A stretch of DNA of 64,000 nucleotides from Dimorphilus gyrociliatus (lineage: Eukaryota > Animalia > Annelida): NCBI GenBank assembly GCA_904063045.1, contig CAJFCJ010000019.1, positions 1-64,000 on the forward strand, given 5' to 3'. This document shows positions 14,404 through 31,400 of this stretch, piece by piece. Under the pieces are notes generated by a model. That model worked only from the letters and a program-made list of their open reading frames with translations, ran no database searches and was not told the origin of the DNA. Position numbers and translations under genes: made by a program. How positions within the stretch are numbered: position 1 is the first letter of the stretch; the number at the start of each line of letters is the position of its first letter.

Positions 14404-15664
14404 AAGACAAAGAGGAAACACAATCATATACATTTTAATAACATTCTAATTTCTACATGAGATTATTTCGATAATTAAAGTGTACATGTTATATTTTTCA
14501 TTGGCTTTCTCTTCCGCCCCTCCCACCCCTTATAAATATTTAATATGTATTTAGAAGTTCGTCTAATAAATGTATCATTATCATCACTGCCACCACCGCC
14601 GCCACCACAACCAAAAATCATTGCTAATACACTAATATTACCTTTATTCTCTAGTATCTTATAATTATTTCTCTCTCTCTCTCTCTATCTTCAATATAGA
14701 GTATTTATATATATATTGTACTATTTATATCTATTTTTAACTATAATCTTGAAATAATAACATATTCTCATTATTCTTTATTACTTACTTAGGTTAACGA
14801 AAAAATGTCATATTTACTTGATTAAACTTCATTATCATTTTGTGTTCAAAATGCTTATTGAACAAGGAAAAAAATATTAGTATGTGAATTAATATCGTAC
14901 TATATTAATTACTTTTATTTAAACTAATAAATATGTAATAAAATTTAAAATATTAAAGGTTAATTAATACTTATGTTCAATCTCTTTTGTTTAATTCTTT
15001 TTAATGGAAAAAAAGGAAAGATCATAAATTGTTAATTAATTCATTTATTGTTAAATAATATTATGAGTAATTCTACTCAATTAAATATAATTTTTAAATT
15101 TAATATTTAGGGTCTAGTTGAGAGGTTTTCTATATAATTTTCATTTTATAAATTCTATATAGTCTTTTGACAAATAAGAAGTTATCTACTTTTTTTTTTC
15201 GATTTTTTGTTATCCTCTATTTATTACGGCGTTGAATAGTACTTTATATATTTAAACAATCAGAATAATGTATTTATATATGATATTAAATTTGGATTAT
15301 CTTTGTTGTAAATTACTTGTAGTAATGTTAGCTCTATTAAAATTTATATTTTACTTTCATTAAATGACGTATGTAGTGCTTTTATTACTCATAGCCGGAA
15401 ATTGCGATATGCCATTTAATTTTTTAAGCCATTAAACATATTATCACGTGAGAATTTTGGATTTATATTATTGATTTCTGTTATATTTGATTTTCGAAAT
15501 GCGCGCCTTTCTTCTCTGCTAAACTTTCCTTGACCTTTATTTATATTCTTCCGCCTTCTTTTAATAATCTCTTTAATATATTTTCATACTTAATATTTTA
15601 CAATTTTAACAACTAGTTCAATTCTTTTTCCAGTCGTAGAGTTAAGCTATATATTTTCTCGTAA

Positions 15665-15695
15665 CCGGAAGTCGGTCCTACGTCGCCGCCATCTT
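15665..15695 (+). promoter_or_regulatory. CNOT3 promoter/5' region with ETS (CCGGAAGT) and YY1-type (CGCCATCTT) motifs
   Basis: CCGGAAGT at 15665-15672 and CGCCATCTT at 15687-15695, about 130 nt upstream of the ATG. This is a typical housekeeping-promoter combination. Confidence 0.5.
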
Positions 15696-15822
15696 GATAT
15701 TTATCAACCAGCGTTTGTATGTGTGATTTTTTAAAATCGAATACCGTAAAGTTACATACAATAATATTTCAATTTCAGAGTTTTATAATGAATATAACCC
15801 AATTGGACTTTGGAACATAAAG

Positions 15823-18341
<2,519 letters not shown>

Positions 18342-21300
18342 ATATAAGTCCTTTCTACCCCCTTCCTCTTCTAAAAAATAAACCGCAGTCATCAACTTTA
18401 TTAAGCGTTTAAAAATTAGACTGTTATATTTTTTCCGTATGAAAATATTTGATGTACTGATGTTAAAACATTTCAGACATAAAGACGTTTTAAGCAGGAA
18501 AAAATACAAATAATTGCAAAACAAATCAAGTTGTTAAAGGCTAAACAAAGTTGATCTTCTCAGATCACAACTAGAAGAAGGAATCGAAGTAGTAAAGCCA
18601 ATTAGTTAAAAAAGTTAAAGAATTGCTCAATTCCAGAAGAAATTATCATAATCTCTGCTGTGAGATAGATATGTATATGCAATATATATACATATAATGA
18701 TATATTTATTTTTTTTTTTCATTAAATTTACTTGATCCTACTAAAATATATATATTTTTTAAACTTTTCCCCTCCTCCCTCCTTTATAAGCAAAAGAGAA
18801 AAAGATTAAAAAAAAAGAAAAATTTGACTGTTTAGAAAGTTAACATTTTCTAAATCGTAACTGCCCGTTTTTTTTTTTTTTTTTATCTATTAATTTGTAA
18901 ATATCTTTTATGTAATTTTGCAACAATAATCTATCTACTCAAAAATCTTGTTGGCTTTTATTTGATTGTTTATATGGTGATTACAAAAGTGTAAAATTTA
19001 ACTGGCAGATGGCGTTTCTTTTTTTTTCTTTTTTTTTTTTTTTTACAAGTTATCGCTCAAACTATACTGCCTAAGTTATTATTTTCCTATTAAAATAAAA
19101 TGAATAGCAGCTCTAAATGCTTAATGGTAATAGAGTAGTTTATGTCTATTAAGCTAATTTGAAGTAATGGTCAAGATCTCTATTCATAAAGAATCAAGAC
19201 ACTTTATTCGATTAAATAGAGTCGCTAGTCGTTGATCTTATCCCCGCTGTTGCCGGAGTTTTTGGCTATATTGAGATCTAATTCACCTATTTCATCTTTC
19301 TTGACTCAGATTGGGTAATTTCTTTTCGTATTTACTGGACTTTGATCTCCCTCAATCAAAAAGCATTTAATTGGAGTCGCTCTGAGTACGCGGTTAGTCG
19401 TGTTCAAGATCCTACTTACAAATTGATTTTTTTGTCAAGTAACCCCCTGAACCTTTTTCAAATCTGATACCCTGTGTGAGGAAAACTGAAATATTTTGAG
19501 ATCCTCAATTAGAGGATTGACATGAGTGGCTAGCAAAGAGGGCTTGAGTTGGATTTTAAGGGTTCGATATACACATTCTTGCATAGCTTGAGCTCAAGCA
19601 TTCCCATTTGAATAATACGGCATGAAAGTATATCACATACTGATCCACTAGTAGTGAATAACTCTGGTCAGTGCCTATTGTTCACTTAACATCTTTCCTA
19701 TAGGGATCATCTATTCAGTCCAACTTAAAGTGATTTGGATGCATCCTAAAAATACTACGGATTTCCTCTACTAAGCTTGATGGGAATATATTGTAATTTG
19801 GAAAGCTATTAAAGCTATCTTTCACTTTTCCATCAAATATAAACTTAATAGTCTTCTTATTAGAGTTCTTATTTGTACGACGTAGAAGGTACCACTTTAC
19901 GTTCATCCTATTTTCTCTATTATTCACTTTGATTAAATGATATGCTTTCTTATCTCTAAATATTTGATCACATTCAAATATTTTCAATGAATGAAGTAAT
20001 TCTTCTATTATATTGCCATATTTGATTCTCCATCTACGATAAATGAATGAAACGTAGTATGGGTGATTCTTTAACTCTAGTATTGCCAGTTGGATTTGGT
20101 TTATTTTTTATTTATTTAATTTTGTTTCATTGTATGGGAGAAGGGCTGTCAAAACGACTAATAAACACAACTCCATACTCTTCCTCGTACAGGAAAATTA
20201 GTACATTTAGCCCTGAGATTATGATGCTTAATATAACTCTTTATTATTTTGCATATGAACGAACAGAGACATGGAACAACATAAAAGAAACGAGGTTGAT
20301 TAAAAGGATTGATAGATATTGCTCGGTAAGCTCTAAGAAATATTTATTCTTGTGAGTGACTCGATGAAAATTTTTGCAGTTGAGTATTTCCTTCCTCCTT
20401 TAAAAGATACTTAGAAGAAGATAATTATCAGTTTCACAGTTGAATGTTATTTTTAGAACGTATACAACTTTAGTCCATGTTAATTGCCTGAATTTACTCG
20501 CTTTTTTTTTCCTCCCCTTATTCCTCTCTCTCTCTCTCTTAATATAGCTTGTTTAAAAAGAGCCGCACGTCTCTATAAATAATATTCAGGGTCATAAAGA
20601 GCAATTCTCCTCCTGCAAATCAAATAGGAATTCTTATCTGAGTAATAGGTCGAAACCGCCGTAAATTCGGCGATAGTATCTAAAGGCTTGGAAGAAGACC
20701 CTGGCACAAAATTGGTGGAAAATAACATGATTCATAAGATTCTATATATAAAAGGGTAAGAGCGGTTAACTTCGTTGTTAAATACACACGGGACATGTTA
20801 TTAAACGCCATCTTACGGTGGATGAAAGGATATGATGTATTTTAGGGAAAGTGCATATTTCAAGTGTCATTTACTACCTGGCTAGTAAAGATACAACAAC
20901 TAAAAGTTACACAAAATCGTAGAGAATAATCTGAAAGAAAACCTTCGAGACAACCGGTGTACTTCCTTGCCTTTCAAGTAGATTTCATACATTCGGCGAC
21001 GTGGAGCATGACTAGGAGCGATATTTGATTATTATATGGATCTTGATGGATTGGATTTGTCAAAAAATGTTCTCCCGGATTTTTATTATACCCTTTTACC
21101 AAAGTAATGAGCGCCGAAAAAATATAAGATGGGTCTCCCGTAGCGTTTCCTCTCTAGTTTGCCCAATTCGTTAAGGGCGTTTGTAGGAAATGCTGTCGCG
21201 GCTATCCGCGAATATTATAGAGAGTTGGCGTTTGTTTACAGAAGATGATTGGTCATAAATTTTCCTTCAAGCCAAAGTTAATATATTTTTCCTACAGCTT

Positions 21301-22819
21301 TTGACTGTTGAAATGTGGCAGGGAAGAAGGGATTTACAGACTGACTATTTTCCTTCAACTTATGCAGCTCATTCGATTTAATCAATCTTTCATTCTGACT
21401 GAGACAGCCAACAGAGAAAAAAATGATAGATTCATCCGCCTTTGTTATATTGGTACCGCTGCTCATAAGTAATTTGTCAAAATTTGACACGGGGCGCTCA
21501 GAGGGGCTAATTGAGTGGGGACCATTAACAAGTAATGAAGATAATCACCTTTTGTCTGTTTTCCCTTTCATTTTCTTATCAGCCGTTTCAGCTCCACTTC
21601 CAGGAGATATTGTTTACAAAGACCGGGCTAGAGGGAGGGTGGGGGCGTGGAGCAAAAGAGGAAAGTCGTCTTTACCCAGTTAAATCATTCCCTAACATTA
21701 TATTTTTTGCACGTCTGCATCCGAAAGGCGCTCAATATTTTAAATAGTCGAATTAGTGTCGTTCACTATTCATACCAATTTAAGGAAGGATAAGAAAAAC
21801 CTAATAAAAAACCAAGAAGTCTACAATTTCTATTTATCTTCTCATTGAGCTCATTTAGAAGCAGCAAATCAAAAGGAGCCATCTGTAGTTGCCCTTTATT
21901 AAGAGACAGAAAGAGAAAAAAAAGGGGTGGGGGAGGGGGGGGGGAAATGAAGAAAAAGACAAGTTTAGCAATCACGAACTGTTTGACATATCGAGTATCA
22001 GTTTTTCCTTAGCACTTTATCCAAAAAGGAAAAGGGAAATTCTATCACTAATCGTTAATTAATGCGTAATTTTTAGATCAAAACCTGTTAAAATACCCAG
22101 GAAGAAAGAGCCGGAAGAATAATAAAATAGGACTAGAATTATCACCCTATCCGTGTTGAAACTCACTACATTGTTATTTGTATACGATGAGGTTTTTTAT
22201 ATGTTTGTAATATAGAAATGAGTTGTTTTTTATGTAATAAATAATAAATAAACATATAATATACCTTTTATAATGTATTGAATATATCACTATTTTTAAT
22301 AGTACCCAAATGGGATCTATTGCTGCCTCTTTTTATCTGACCGATAACGCTTGGAGATATGTATTTCTCCTATGAATATTATATGGAAAACTCTCATTTT
22401 TTATATGAAAAACAAAGGAAGAAGATTTTCTCTTTGCTATTTCTTTTATTAATCTTCCAACATAATTTTTTTTGCCTTATTTGTTTCATAAAAGATTTCT
22501 AGCCTAACAAGCGTCGACATTCTCGATTCGCAGAGTGGGAAGGGGTATAGAGGGCGAGATGAGGTAAGATAGGAAAGGGCAAAAAAGTCACGGAGAGTTT
22601 GTTATAGACAAAGGAAACAACTGTAGAATGGGGTGGAAAGGGGAGGGGAAGGTGGTGGGGAAGGGGAGATTGTGGATTGAAGAAGGGAATATTATAGGGG
22701 TTTCTAAATATGAGGGTTCTATTGTTGAGCGAAGAGGGAAGCAATAGACGCATAATGATTAAGTAAATAGAGATTTATGAAAGAATTAAGGAGTCCAGTC
22801 CTCTATTTGTTTATTATTA

Positions 22820-23958
22820 CTATTTGCACTCTTCCTCTTCATCTTCACATTCCTGGTGATCGTTTCTTTCTGAGAGGGCGCTTATTTCGGAGGCCATACT
22901 CAAATCCGTATTCTTTGACCTATTTGACCTTCTCTTAATTTTTCTTTTAAAGTAACATAGCAAAGACGTTCTTAATCTGCTATTAAATAATCCGTACACA
23001 ATCGGGTTACTAACAGATGAAGTGAGCAGTAAAAGAAGGAATAATATAGATTCAATATATTGTTCTTCGTTTGTTGGAGTTTGTTTAGTAACGTGCGTGC
23101 AGAAATAAGGTAACGTTTGCAGGGTGTATAGGATGAGAACAACGCAGACGATCCTAATCGCCTTTACACGGTAGAATTTAAACTGACAGCTTGGCTGACC
23201 AGTGACGTCTCCTCGAAACGGATTTTTGGTGTCTCTGTCAGCTCGGTTACGAGCCGCCTTCAGAACGAACGCATAGAAGAAGAAGAAAAAAGTGGAGGGT
23301 AGTAAATAACCAATGCTAACAAAAGTAGCGCTAGAATATATGTTATTTTTGCTTTTATTACTAATAAAAACAAGTAATTACAGAAGAATATTTACCTGTA
23401 TAAAAGGTGATAGATCCCATAAAAATCGATGGTTAGGTGACATATGCAAAATCTTTTATCTACTCCAGGTTCGTAGCTTTTCGATAGAAAGAACGCAGCT
23501 CCACCGAATGTTATCGATAACGTCCAAACGCCTAGAGCCGCGAATGACGCCTTTTTAACGGTTGCACAAGTCTTGTAAGCTGTGCCTTTGCCAATGAAAG
23601 CGTAACGGTCAGCTGCTATGCAGGCGACGCCCCAAATATTGGATATAACAAGGGTATTTTCCAGTATCATGAGAACGCTGCAAATTCTGTTGCAATTGAG
23701 CTCAGCAGTAGGAAGAAAGGCGGCAAAAACGATGGGCAATAGTAAAATTGAAGAGAAGAGACCAGTTAATGAGTTATTCAATATCAGTATGTAATTTGCT
23801 CTTATCCTTCTCTTATTCACATGGACTATTATGTAGATTAGAAGTGAATTTAATATAAGCGAAGGGATCAATATAATTGAAGCAAATGAAAGAATTATAA
23901 TATTCCTCCTGTAATTTGTTGTGGCCGTTGCATTTTGAATCATTTCTGTTGTCTCCAT
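22820..23958 (-). CDS. Class A (rhodopsin-like) GPCR, orphan, about 357 aa (exons 23958-23396 and 23330-22820)
   Basis: Seven hydrophobic segments, ADRY at the end of TM3, cysteines at the TM3 start and in ECL2, and SNPIVY (NPxxY) in TM7. A 65-nt GT-AG phase-2 intron joins the ORF-track fragment to a second exon that the track misses. The first ATG is at 23958 (the track starts at an upstream TTG). Confidence 0.9.
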
Positions 23959-24480
23959 TCGTCCTCCGTCGTTGTCCTTAGCCAAACTGTTTCGTAATAA
24001 CTAGACGGCGGCGTTCACGTGACCCGCTTTCTTAGCGAATAGCCTTAGCCCGTCACCACAGTTTGCCTAGGCCTAGCAATTATTTTTTCGGTCTACTTCT
24101 CCCTTTCTCCCCTCACAACCCTCCTACCTCCCCCTCCCTCCTCTCCCAAGATCGTTAGAAAGAAAAACCATTTGCTATCAAACTAAATTTGTTTTGGGTG
24201 AAACAGGGAATACTCGTCCATATTATGACAGCTAATATATATAGTATCTTAAATTAACTAATAACTTTTAGACGCAAGCGTCATTTCAGAGTTGGAGGAA
24301 AAAGGAAAATATTCGACGAAGCGTTTCATTCGATTTTCTCTCGCAAAGATTGCTTTTTTTCGTTAATCGCGACGATTTTCGATTAATTCGTCCAGCACGG
24401 GTCAGTTGAGCTATTGGCGGCTAATCTTTGCCTAAGGATCTTCAAGTAAGCTCAACTGGCCTTAGTGCATAGATAAATTA

Positions 24481-24483
<3 letters not shown>

Positions 24484-24520
<37 letters not shown>
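24484..24520. repeat. (TA)n microsatellite
   Basis: Directly visible dinucleotide run. Confidence 0.95.
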
Positions 24521-24522
<2 letters not shown>

Positions 24523-25482
24523 ATGTATATGGCATATGATCCTTTTTAACTTTTCTGTCACTAAGTCCTCTTATATCATCATTTAATAAATAATATTCAA
24601 TTATTATTAACTTTTGTCATGCTTATCTCCAGTCCAATCTCCAATTTACTCTTCAACCTTGTGCCCCCTCCGTCTCTTTCTCCCATTCTTTCCTCACTCT
24701 TCTACTATCTGTGTGCTCTATTTCCTTATAAAATAAAATAACTTTGCTTAAAGAGGTCGAAAAGAAGGATTATAGACTGTTTGCAAGAAAAAACTCTTTT
24801 TTTGTTAATTACTTTTACTTGGCTTCGTTAGGCATGCTCCAGGAAACTAGCAGGTGTAAAGTGCTGCCATTTGTAAAGTGTCCCTCCATTTATTTAACAG
24901 AGCATACATTTATACAAAATGACGTATATACTGTATATATACAGTATATTGCATATATATATATATAGAATATGTACTAATATTTATATGTTATTATAAG
25001 TCTCTTCTTTCATCCTTCTCTTTCTTTTTTTAGCAATTAAAAAGTCGATTACTTATACTTTATACACAAACCTACAATTTATCTTATTATCCTTCATATA
25101 GGAATAAAAATACTCCCTTTCGAACTTATGTTCATTACATTAACCTTTAGATTTTCTTCTGTCAACTTATCTTATCATTGCATTAAATTGATCATAGAGA
25201 TTTTGTTTGTTTTGTTGTCTTTATGTACTTGTAATAATTAAATAATAATACTGTATCAAACATATGATTCCTGGGACCATGCAATACACATAATGCATAT
25301 AAAAGAGGACAAATGATAACAGGGAGACAACTAATCCTTATAGAAACATTTATACTGTACGTAAAGATTGTTAAATGTCTGTTTTTCGTTCACTTTATAT
25401 ACATGTACATGTACATCAATATTTATATATTGTAATATTCATATTTTTAAATATATAATATATTCATATAAACAAACAAGTC

Positions 25483-28400
25483 TTACTTTTCTTGAGGTGA
25501 TGTAAGGGCGTCAAACTCTTCAAAACTCAATGTAGCCAAATTTGATAAGCGATGTTTTACTCTTACACCTGAATCCTCGCTATTTTCTGTATTATCATCT
25601 TCGGAAGAACTATGAGCTAAAACTTTTTGACTTGCAGAATTGTTTGATATCCTAGTCTGTCTTTCTCCTCTTCTAGACGGTATTTTTGGAGGAGGAGCAA
25701 GAGGCTTAGGTATATTCAAAGTTGTTGGAGGCGTGGAGACATTGCCATTGGCGTCTGTCTTGTGACAGCAGATATTATTCTCAACGTCTAAAACAGGTGA
25801 GATTTCGGAAAATTCCGAGGAAGACATATCCCTGTGTCCACTATCCGGAGAAATATCAGAATTTCTTGCAGACTTATCAAGAAGAGAATTTTGAATTGTT
25901 GTATCTTCGATATCGTGAGGCCATGTTGTTGGCATTATAACCTCTTCACTCATTGGCGTAGTACGATCGGGTGTGACAGGCGATAACTGTTAACAAGAAA
26001 AACGTATTTAATTACTTGAATGCATTCGGAGAAGTTATTATTGAGAATTACCAAATTTAAATTTGATGAGTTATTTGTTGACGGTGACAAGGCCTCTACG
26101 CAGTCGGCTGGTAGATAGGCTTCTAATTGTTTTAACCGACCCACAAGGGCATTTATGTGGCACAGTAGCTCTCTATTTTGCAGAAGTAATTGATGAGTCC
26201 TAGCCTGTAAATAGTATAAACGATCGTTAGAAATGGCGCTAATTCAGTTTGAGAAGCATTCAGCAACCTGAGCTTCGCTCCTAGCTTTACTCTCAGCGTT
26301 TAATTGCTCCTTAAGTAAATTCGACTGAGCTACTGCAATTTCTGTGTGTTGAACTTGTTGTTCGAATTGTTGTTGGAGGAGTTGTAATTGGTGATAGGAG
26401 CTCAGAGGTACCAAATCAGCAGAGGTAGGTGACGATATAGTTCCTAAAGACGGCTCCTTTTTAGTCATATTCGTTAAAATAGTATGGGCTTTGGCAGCTG
26501 CCTCAGGAGCCGATAAATGGCACGGAGTATTCTTGTTAGAAGTAGAATGCTTAGAACAACGTAAGGGCGTCGAACCGATTGAGGAAGAAGACTTTTCTTC
26601 AATTTTTATGGCTGCCGGTGAACTAACGCTCCCTGCAAAATAAATTATCAATTCCATAAACGTTCCGTTTCCACTTCAGCTTTAAAAGAAAAAAAATATA
26701 AGTAATCTCATACTAGGCACTCGGTTAGATTTCGTTTGCTTCTCTTCCACTTCTTCGTCATCTGTCTTCTCGCTGTCTGCATCGTTGGCTTTCTCTGTTT
26801 TCGCTTGTTGTGCGACTGTTAGCTTGTGGCAAACTTCGAATGCTTGGCCGACTGTCCTAACAATACGCATAGCTTCCGCCTGTCGAGGAACAACGTCATG
26901 AAAAATATAGGCAAGTATATAAACATTTTTTTCGTCAGAGGCTCTTTACTCACTTTTTTATAGGCCTTAAACACGTTACATTTGAAGACGTTCGTGGCTC
27001 CATCTCTCGCAATATAGCTAAATATTTTTAGGTCTTGAGAATCGTGTGACACGTAGAATATTCTATAATGAGAAATTAACTCATAATGATGAATCTAAGA
27101 CGGTCAATTTAATAAACTTAATGATCATTTTCTACCTATAAATTGGATTATGCATGATACAAAGTCTCTGTTCATCCCATCCCCAGTATTGTTTCTATAT
27201 TTAGACAAAAAGCAAAAGAAATTATGTCTCTTTCATTAACTTCCGTATAGAGAAAATTAATAAATTACCTTCATCTTCTTCCTTAAGATGACTCTTACTC
27301 CCTCCGTAGAGACGGTAAATGTAACCTTCCTCTTCTTAATAGCTTTCGCCTTAAATTCATACTGATGAAAGGAAAGAAACTAAGGTAAATAATACAAGTA
27401 AAAAAAAGAGAACAAATTAATAAAATGCAAAGAGTTAAATATATCCAGATAAAGGGATTTAGGAACAACTTGTAATTAAATGGACCAGAACGGCAGATGG
27501 GGTTAAAGAAGATTTCTAATATTTAAAAAAAGCGCCACCTACCATCTAGATTATAAAAACTAACAATTGAGTTACTGGCTGTAATGACGGATTTCGGCAA
27601 TCATCAATCGTTTTATTAAAAAAAGTAGGGAATTAAGTACGTAAATAATTGATAAGATTCGAAAGGCGAATACGAAAATAGAATTGAAGATGAGGAACGG
27701 AAAAAGGGGTTAAAAGGGAGAAAGAGTGAGAGAGAGATAGATAGATTGAGAATAAAATGGAAAAAAGGGGAAAAAAAGAGACCATTTTCTCTGTAACAGT
27801 TTTGTCCCTTAGGGCTAAAAATAATTTTTCATATTTCCTATCATCCTTAAGCCCCAACTTGGCAAATAGGTGAAATCGTATCGGTCAGAGACAAACATGG
27901 TTTGTTTTAGTTCGCTCACACAAATGAACAAGGAAAAAAGATAGGTTTGTTTTCCTTTTAGGACTCACATAAGGAAAATATTCAGGTGGTCTATAATAAG
28001 GTTGTTATTGTTGGGCTTGTTAAGTATAGATTTTTATTTAGTTGGCGAAATTGGCGGGGCGAAGAGAGTAAACTGAGAATCGACGCCTCTTATCTTCTAC
28101 AGTAAACCCAGTTTGGAAGTGTATACTGACAAGTTGATGAAAGTTTGTTTACGCTTTTTACCCGGAGGTTATGCGAGATATTTTGTAGCGAATTCTCGTT
28201 TATGTGAATTTCTTGTTTTTTAATGTCAATGTAGGAGTAATGAGAAAGTAGGAGGGATGAGATATCTAAACGAACCGTCAAGAAGGCGGCGATGGAAGAA
28301 GGTTGGAAAAAAGGGAGGGTCGGGAGTGGAAAAAAGTGCATTAGGGAAGTTTGACAAGGCGTGAAGGCAACGTAAACGGGTGTCGGTTTTCATTGCGCTT

Positions 28401-31400
28401 TAAACCGTTACACGACTTACAAGAGTAATCCATTAACAAACGCCAATAACTCCCCTACAAAACGTCGAATCCGATTAGGAGGGGAAATTTACAAAATAAA
28501 TATTAGTAACGTCAGGCAACGATATAGGCCAATTCATTGCCTATGCCCGAAAGTAGCACCTATATCGCCTTATCTGTACATTGTCTTTTCTACTTGATAA
28601 AGTTTCAACCATGCCTGAAAAGAGAGAAATTCGGCAAACGGCACTTTGTAAACTAATACAGCAATGATGTCTCGCCGGACAGGAAAATCTGCATTAGAAA
28701 GAAGGCACAGACGCGAAAAAATTACGTTAGACTAACGCTGCTTCGCTTAATTTACAAGGCGTTTCTCGTCTAGCGTCTCTTTTGCACTGACGGTAAGGAA
28801 TTTTACCTAAAATCCTGTCTAATAGTCATCTCGGCCAGTTGAAAGGGAATAACGTAGTTCGTTCGATGTGAATTTGGCACGCGACGTTTCTATATATTCT
28901 GTAATCCGAATTGGCGTTAGACGCCTCAATCGAGTCTTTATTAACTCTATATAAAAAATCGATAATGGGACGCCGAATGAATGAAGTAAGAATTCTACGT
29001 ATATACGTATATAGACGAAATTGTTGTAAACGAGGGACTATTGCATTTATGCTTAATCCATCATCAATTCTACTCTTCTTTCCTCATTTTATTCAGCGTC
29101 TTTCGCGTGCGTATATATTATGTAATCAGGCCAGACCGAAATCCGGCGGGAACCGAGCAGCATCCGACCGCTCTTGAATTATGCAGGTTTTTTTCTCGCT
29201 AGAAAGGAAAGAGGGCTAAATGGGTAGAAGGGAAGGGAAACTGGAAAGAAAAAATAAAGAACTTATAAAAGGGAAAGCACTTTCAAAGGGGGCACGAAGC
29301 GACCATCAAAGCGCCATAATACAGCTAGCTTTCGCTAATTTTATCTTAGCATCCTCCAGCGGCGCCGTGAACGTAAACCGTACAACAGCAATTGCCATCG
29401 TTTGCAGTCGGTGCGCTGTTTGTGGCAGCGAAGAAATCAAAGTGGAAAAAATAAAGAGAAAAAGATTTTTTAGGCCTATTCCGGAAAAAATGTTTGATAT
29501 ATTGTACGTTACAAACATTAGGACGTATAGTAAAGTAGTAAATATACATTTTGCTATATTCTATATCAAAGGCTATTTGAAATCGGTTAGTGATAAAGGG
29601 ACTAGTACAGAGTGAACGAGGAAAATAGAGAAAGAGAAGAAGGTTTCTTTCATTGGATTTGTTGGAAGGAATGGAAAACGATCGGACTCTCTCTCTCTAG
29701 GCAAATACGTAGGCCTACAGGGGAAATAAAGCGTAAAACACACGAGCATAAAAAAATAAAAGAAAGCGAAGCATCAACGACGGAATAAATAGTAGAAAAA
29801 ACAGAAGAGCTAAGGAAGGGGGTGGGACTGTTTGGGGGGCGTCTAATACCAGGTAAAGTGTATATTTAATGAGGGAATAGATTCTTCACAGTTGGTGGTC
29901 GGTTTAATATTAAGATTTACGAGGGAAGATGTTGTTTATCGCGATTAGTATGCTGTCAACTATAATTAGCCTTCATTTACATAGATTCTTATAATAGTAA
30001 ATAATGATCTCCGACCGCGTATTTTCATACTCGATGAAAAATAATTGCGTAAGCCTATCTATATATATATTATGCCCATGTTTACAAAGATATTTCTATT
30101 TATAATCAACTATACCTCCTGTTGTGAATCAACCACCTACTCTCTTTCAACAATATCTACTTTCAATTAATCGAGAAATTACAACCTTGTCAACTACATT
30201 ATAGCCATGTCTACATATCTATATATCCTTTTTTTTCCCTAATTTGACCTATTTGTACGCAAAACTTTGATTTTTAATTATCAATATTAAAGCTCATTTG
30301 TATTTAAAACCTCAATTTTTAATCATTTACCCTTATTACTATCCTCTATCGCGTCAAAATCACATGTTATTTATTAATTAGTAATGTAATTTGATTTATA
30401 CAGACGTAAATGTAGTTGTATCGGTCATAGTCTAGTCGGTAAAAGCTCTGCTATTAATCACTTTAAAAAAAAAACCATCGATTTTTCTTAATAGGTTTTA
30501 CACTACATTTATTTTTCATGAACTTGAAAAAAATGTATCGTCGATTACTCGGACACAGAGATGTATAGAGATAAATACACACGTGTCCGTTTTATCGTTA
30601 ATAATCTAGTTAGCTTATTAATCTATCAATTTAATGATATAAAAAGGTAAATTAATAAAAAACATCATTTTTTTCCCTTCTTCGTAATTTAACGCCCCTC
30701 TACTTTGTACGAGTTTTTTACTTATATTAATCTGCTGGAAAGAGGATTAAAGAGAAAAAAGAGAAGGGAGCTTGCGGGAGAGAGAATGAAGAGATAGAGA
30801 AAGACATAAAGAAAGAAAGAAGAGAGGGAGATAGAGAGAGATAGAAAAACGTAGTAATAGTTTATATAAACTATTGATAAGCCGATAAAAAAGGATACAG
30901 ATGTAGGGGGAAAAAAAATATTTAAAAATAATTCCTATTTGTCTATGATGTGTATATTATATTAATAGAAAGAGTGAGATAACTGGTAGAAATTCATAGT
31001 TAATTATATCGATAAGTTCTATTGTGGCTTTTAAGTATACACACTATACATCTCTGAAATATTTTTTCTCAACCGTAACTTTCCGCTATCTCTATGTATT
31101 CCTTTTGTACGCATTCTTTCTACATCTAAGGAATTGATAAAAGAAAGAAGCCCTTACCCTTATTCTCCTCATGGCGGCTACAATTTCTATTCGGCTAGTA
31201 GGTCGTGGAACATCCAAAGTACCAATATACTGCAAAGGAAAAAGTATTATTAATAAATTGATAGCATGAAGTAATTAAACAAGAAATTTGTGTACATCCT
31301 ACTTGTATATTGCTTGGAAACCCTAGAGCTTAAACGATGCCTCTAGGATAGTATGAGAAAAAAGTCTATCATATCTAGTGGAATATATATATATAGTCGA

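Noticed and set aside
562-15000. Many 60-150 aa ORFs in the ORF track across the upstream gap (e.g. 9526-9984, 10952-11290, 2309-2608)
   Set aside because: They are low-complexity (F/L/I/Y-rich, or derived from microsatellites), have no recognisable domains or consistent splice structure, and many start at TTG/GTG. They look like chance ORFs in AT-rich DNA.
26647-26679. Strong-looking alternative acceptor in NOS1AP (tttttcttttaaag) that would give a short isoform ending EVETERLWN*
   Set aside because: It would need a 34-nt intron, shorter than any other seen here (minimum about 55 nt).
27969-28454. Short AG...GT-flanked segments in the long NOS1AP intron (22 nt at 27990-27969, 34 nt at 28454-28421)
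   Set aside because: They do not preserve frame (one also contains a stop), so they cannot be told apart from chance splice-like sites.
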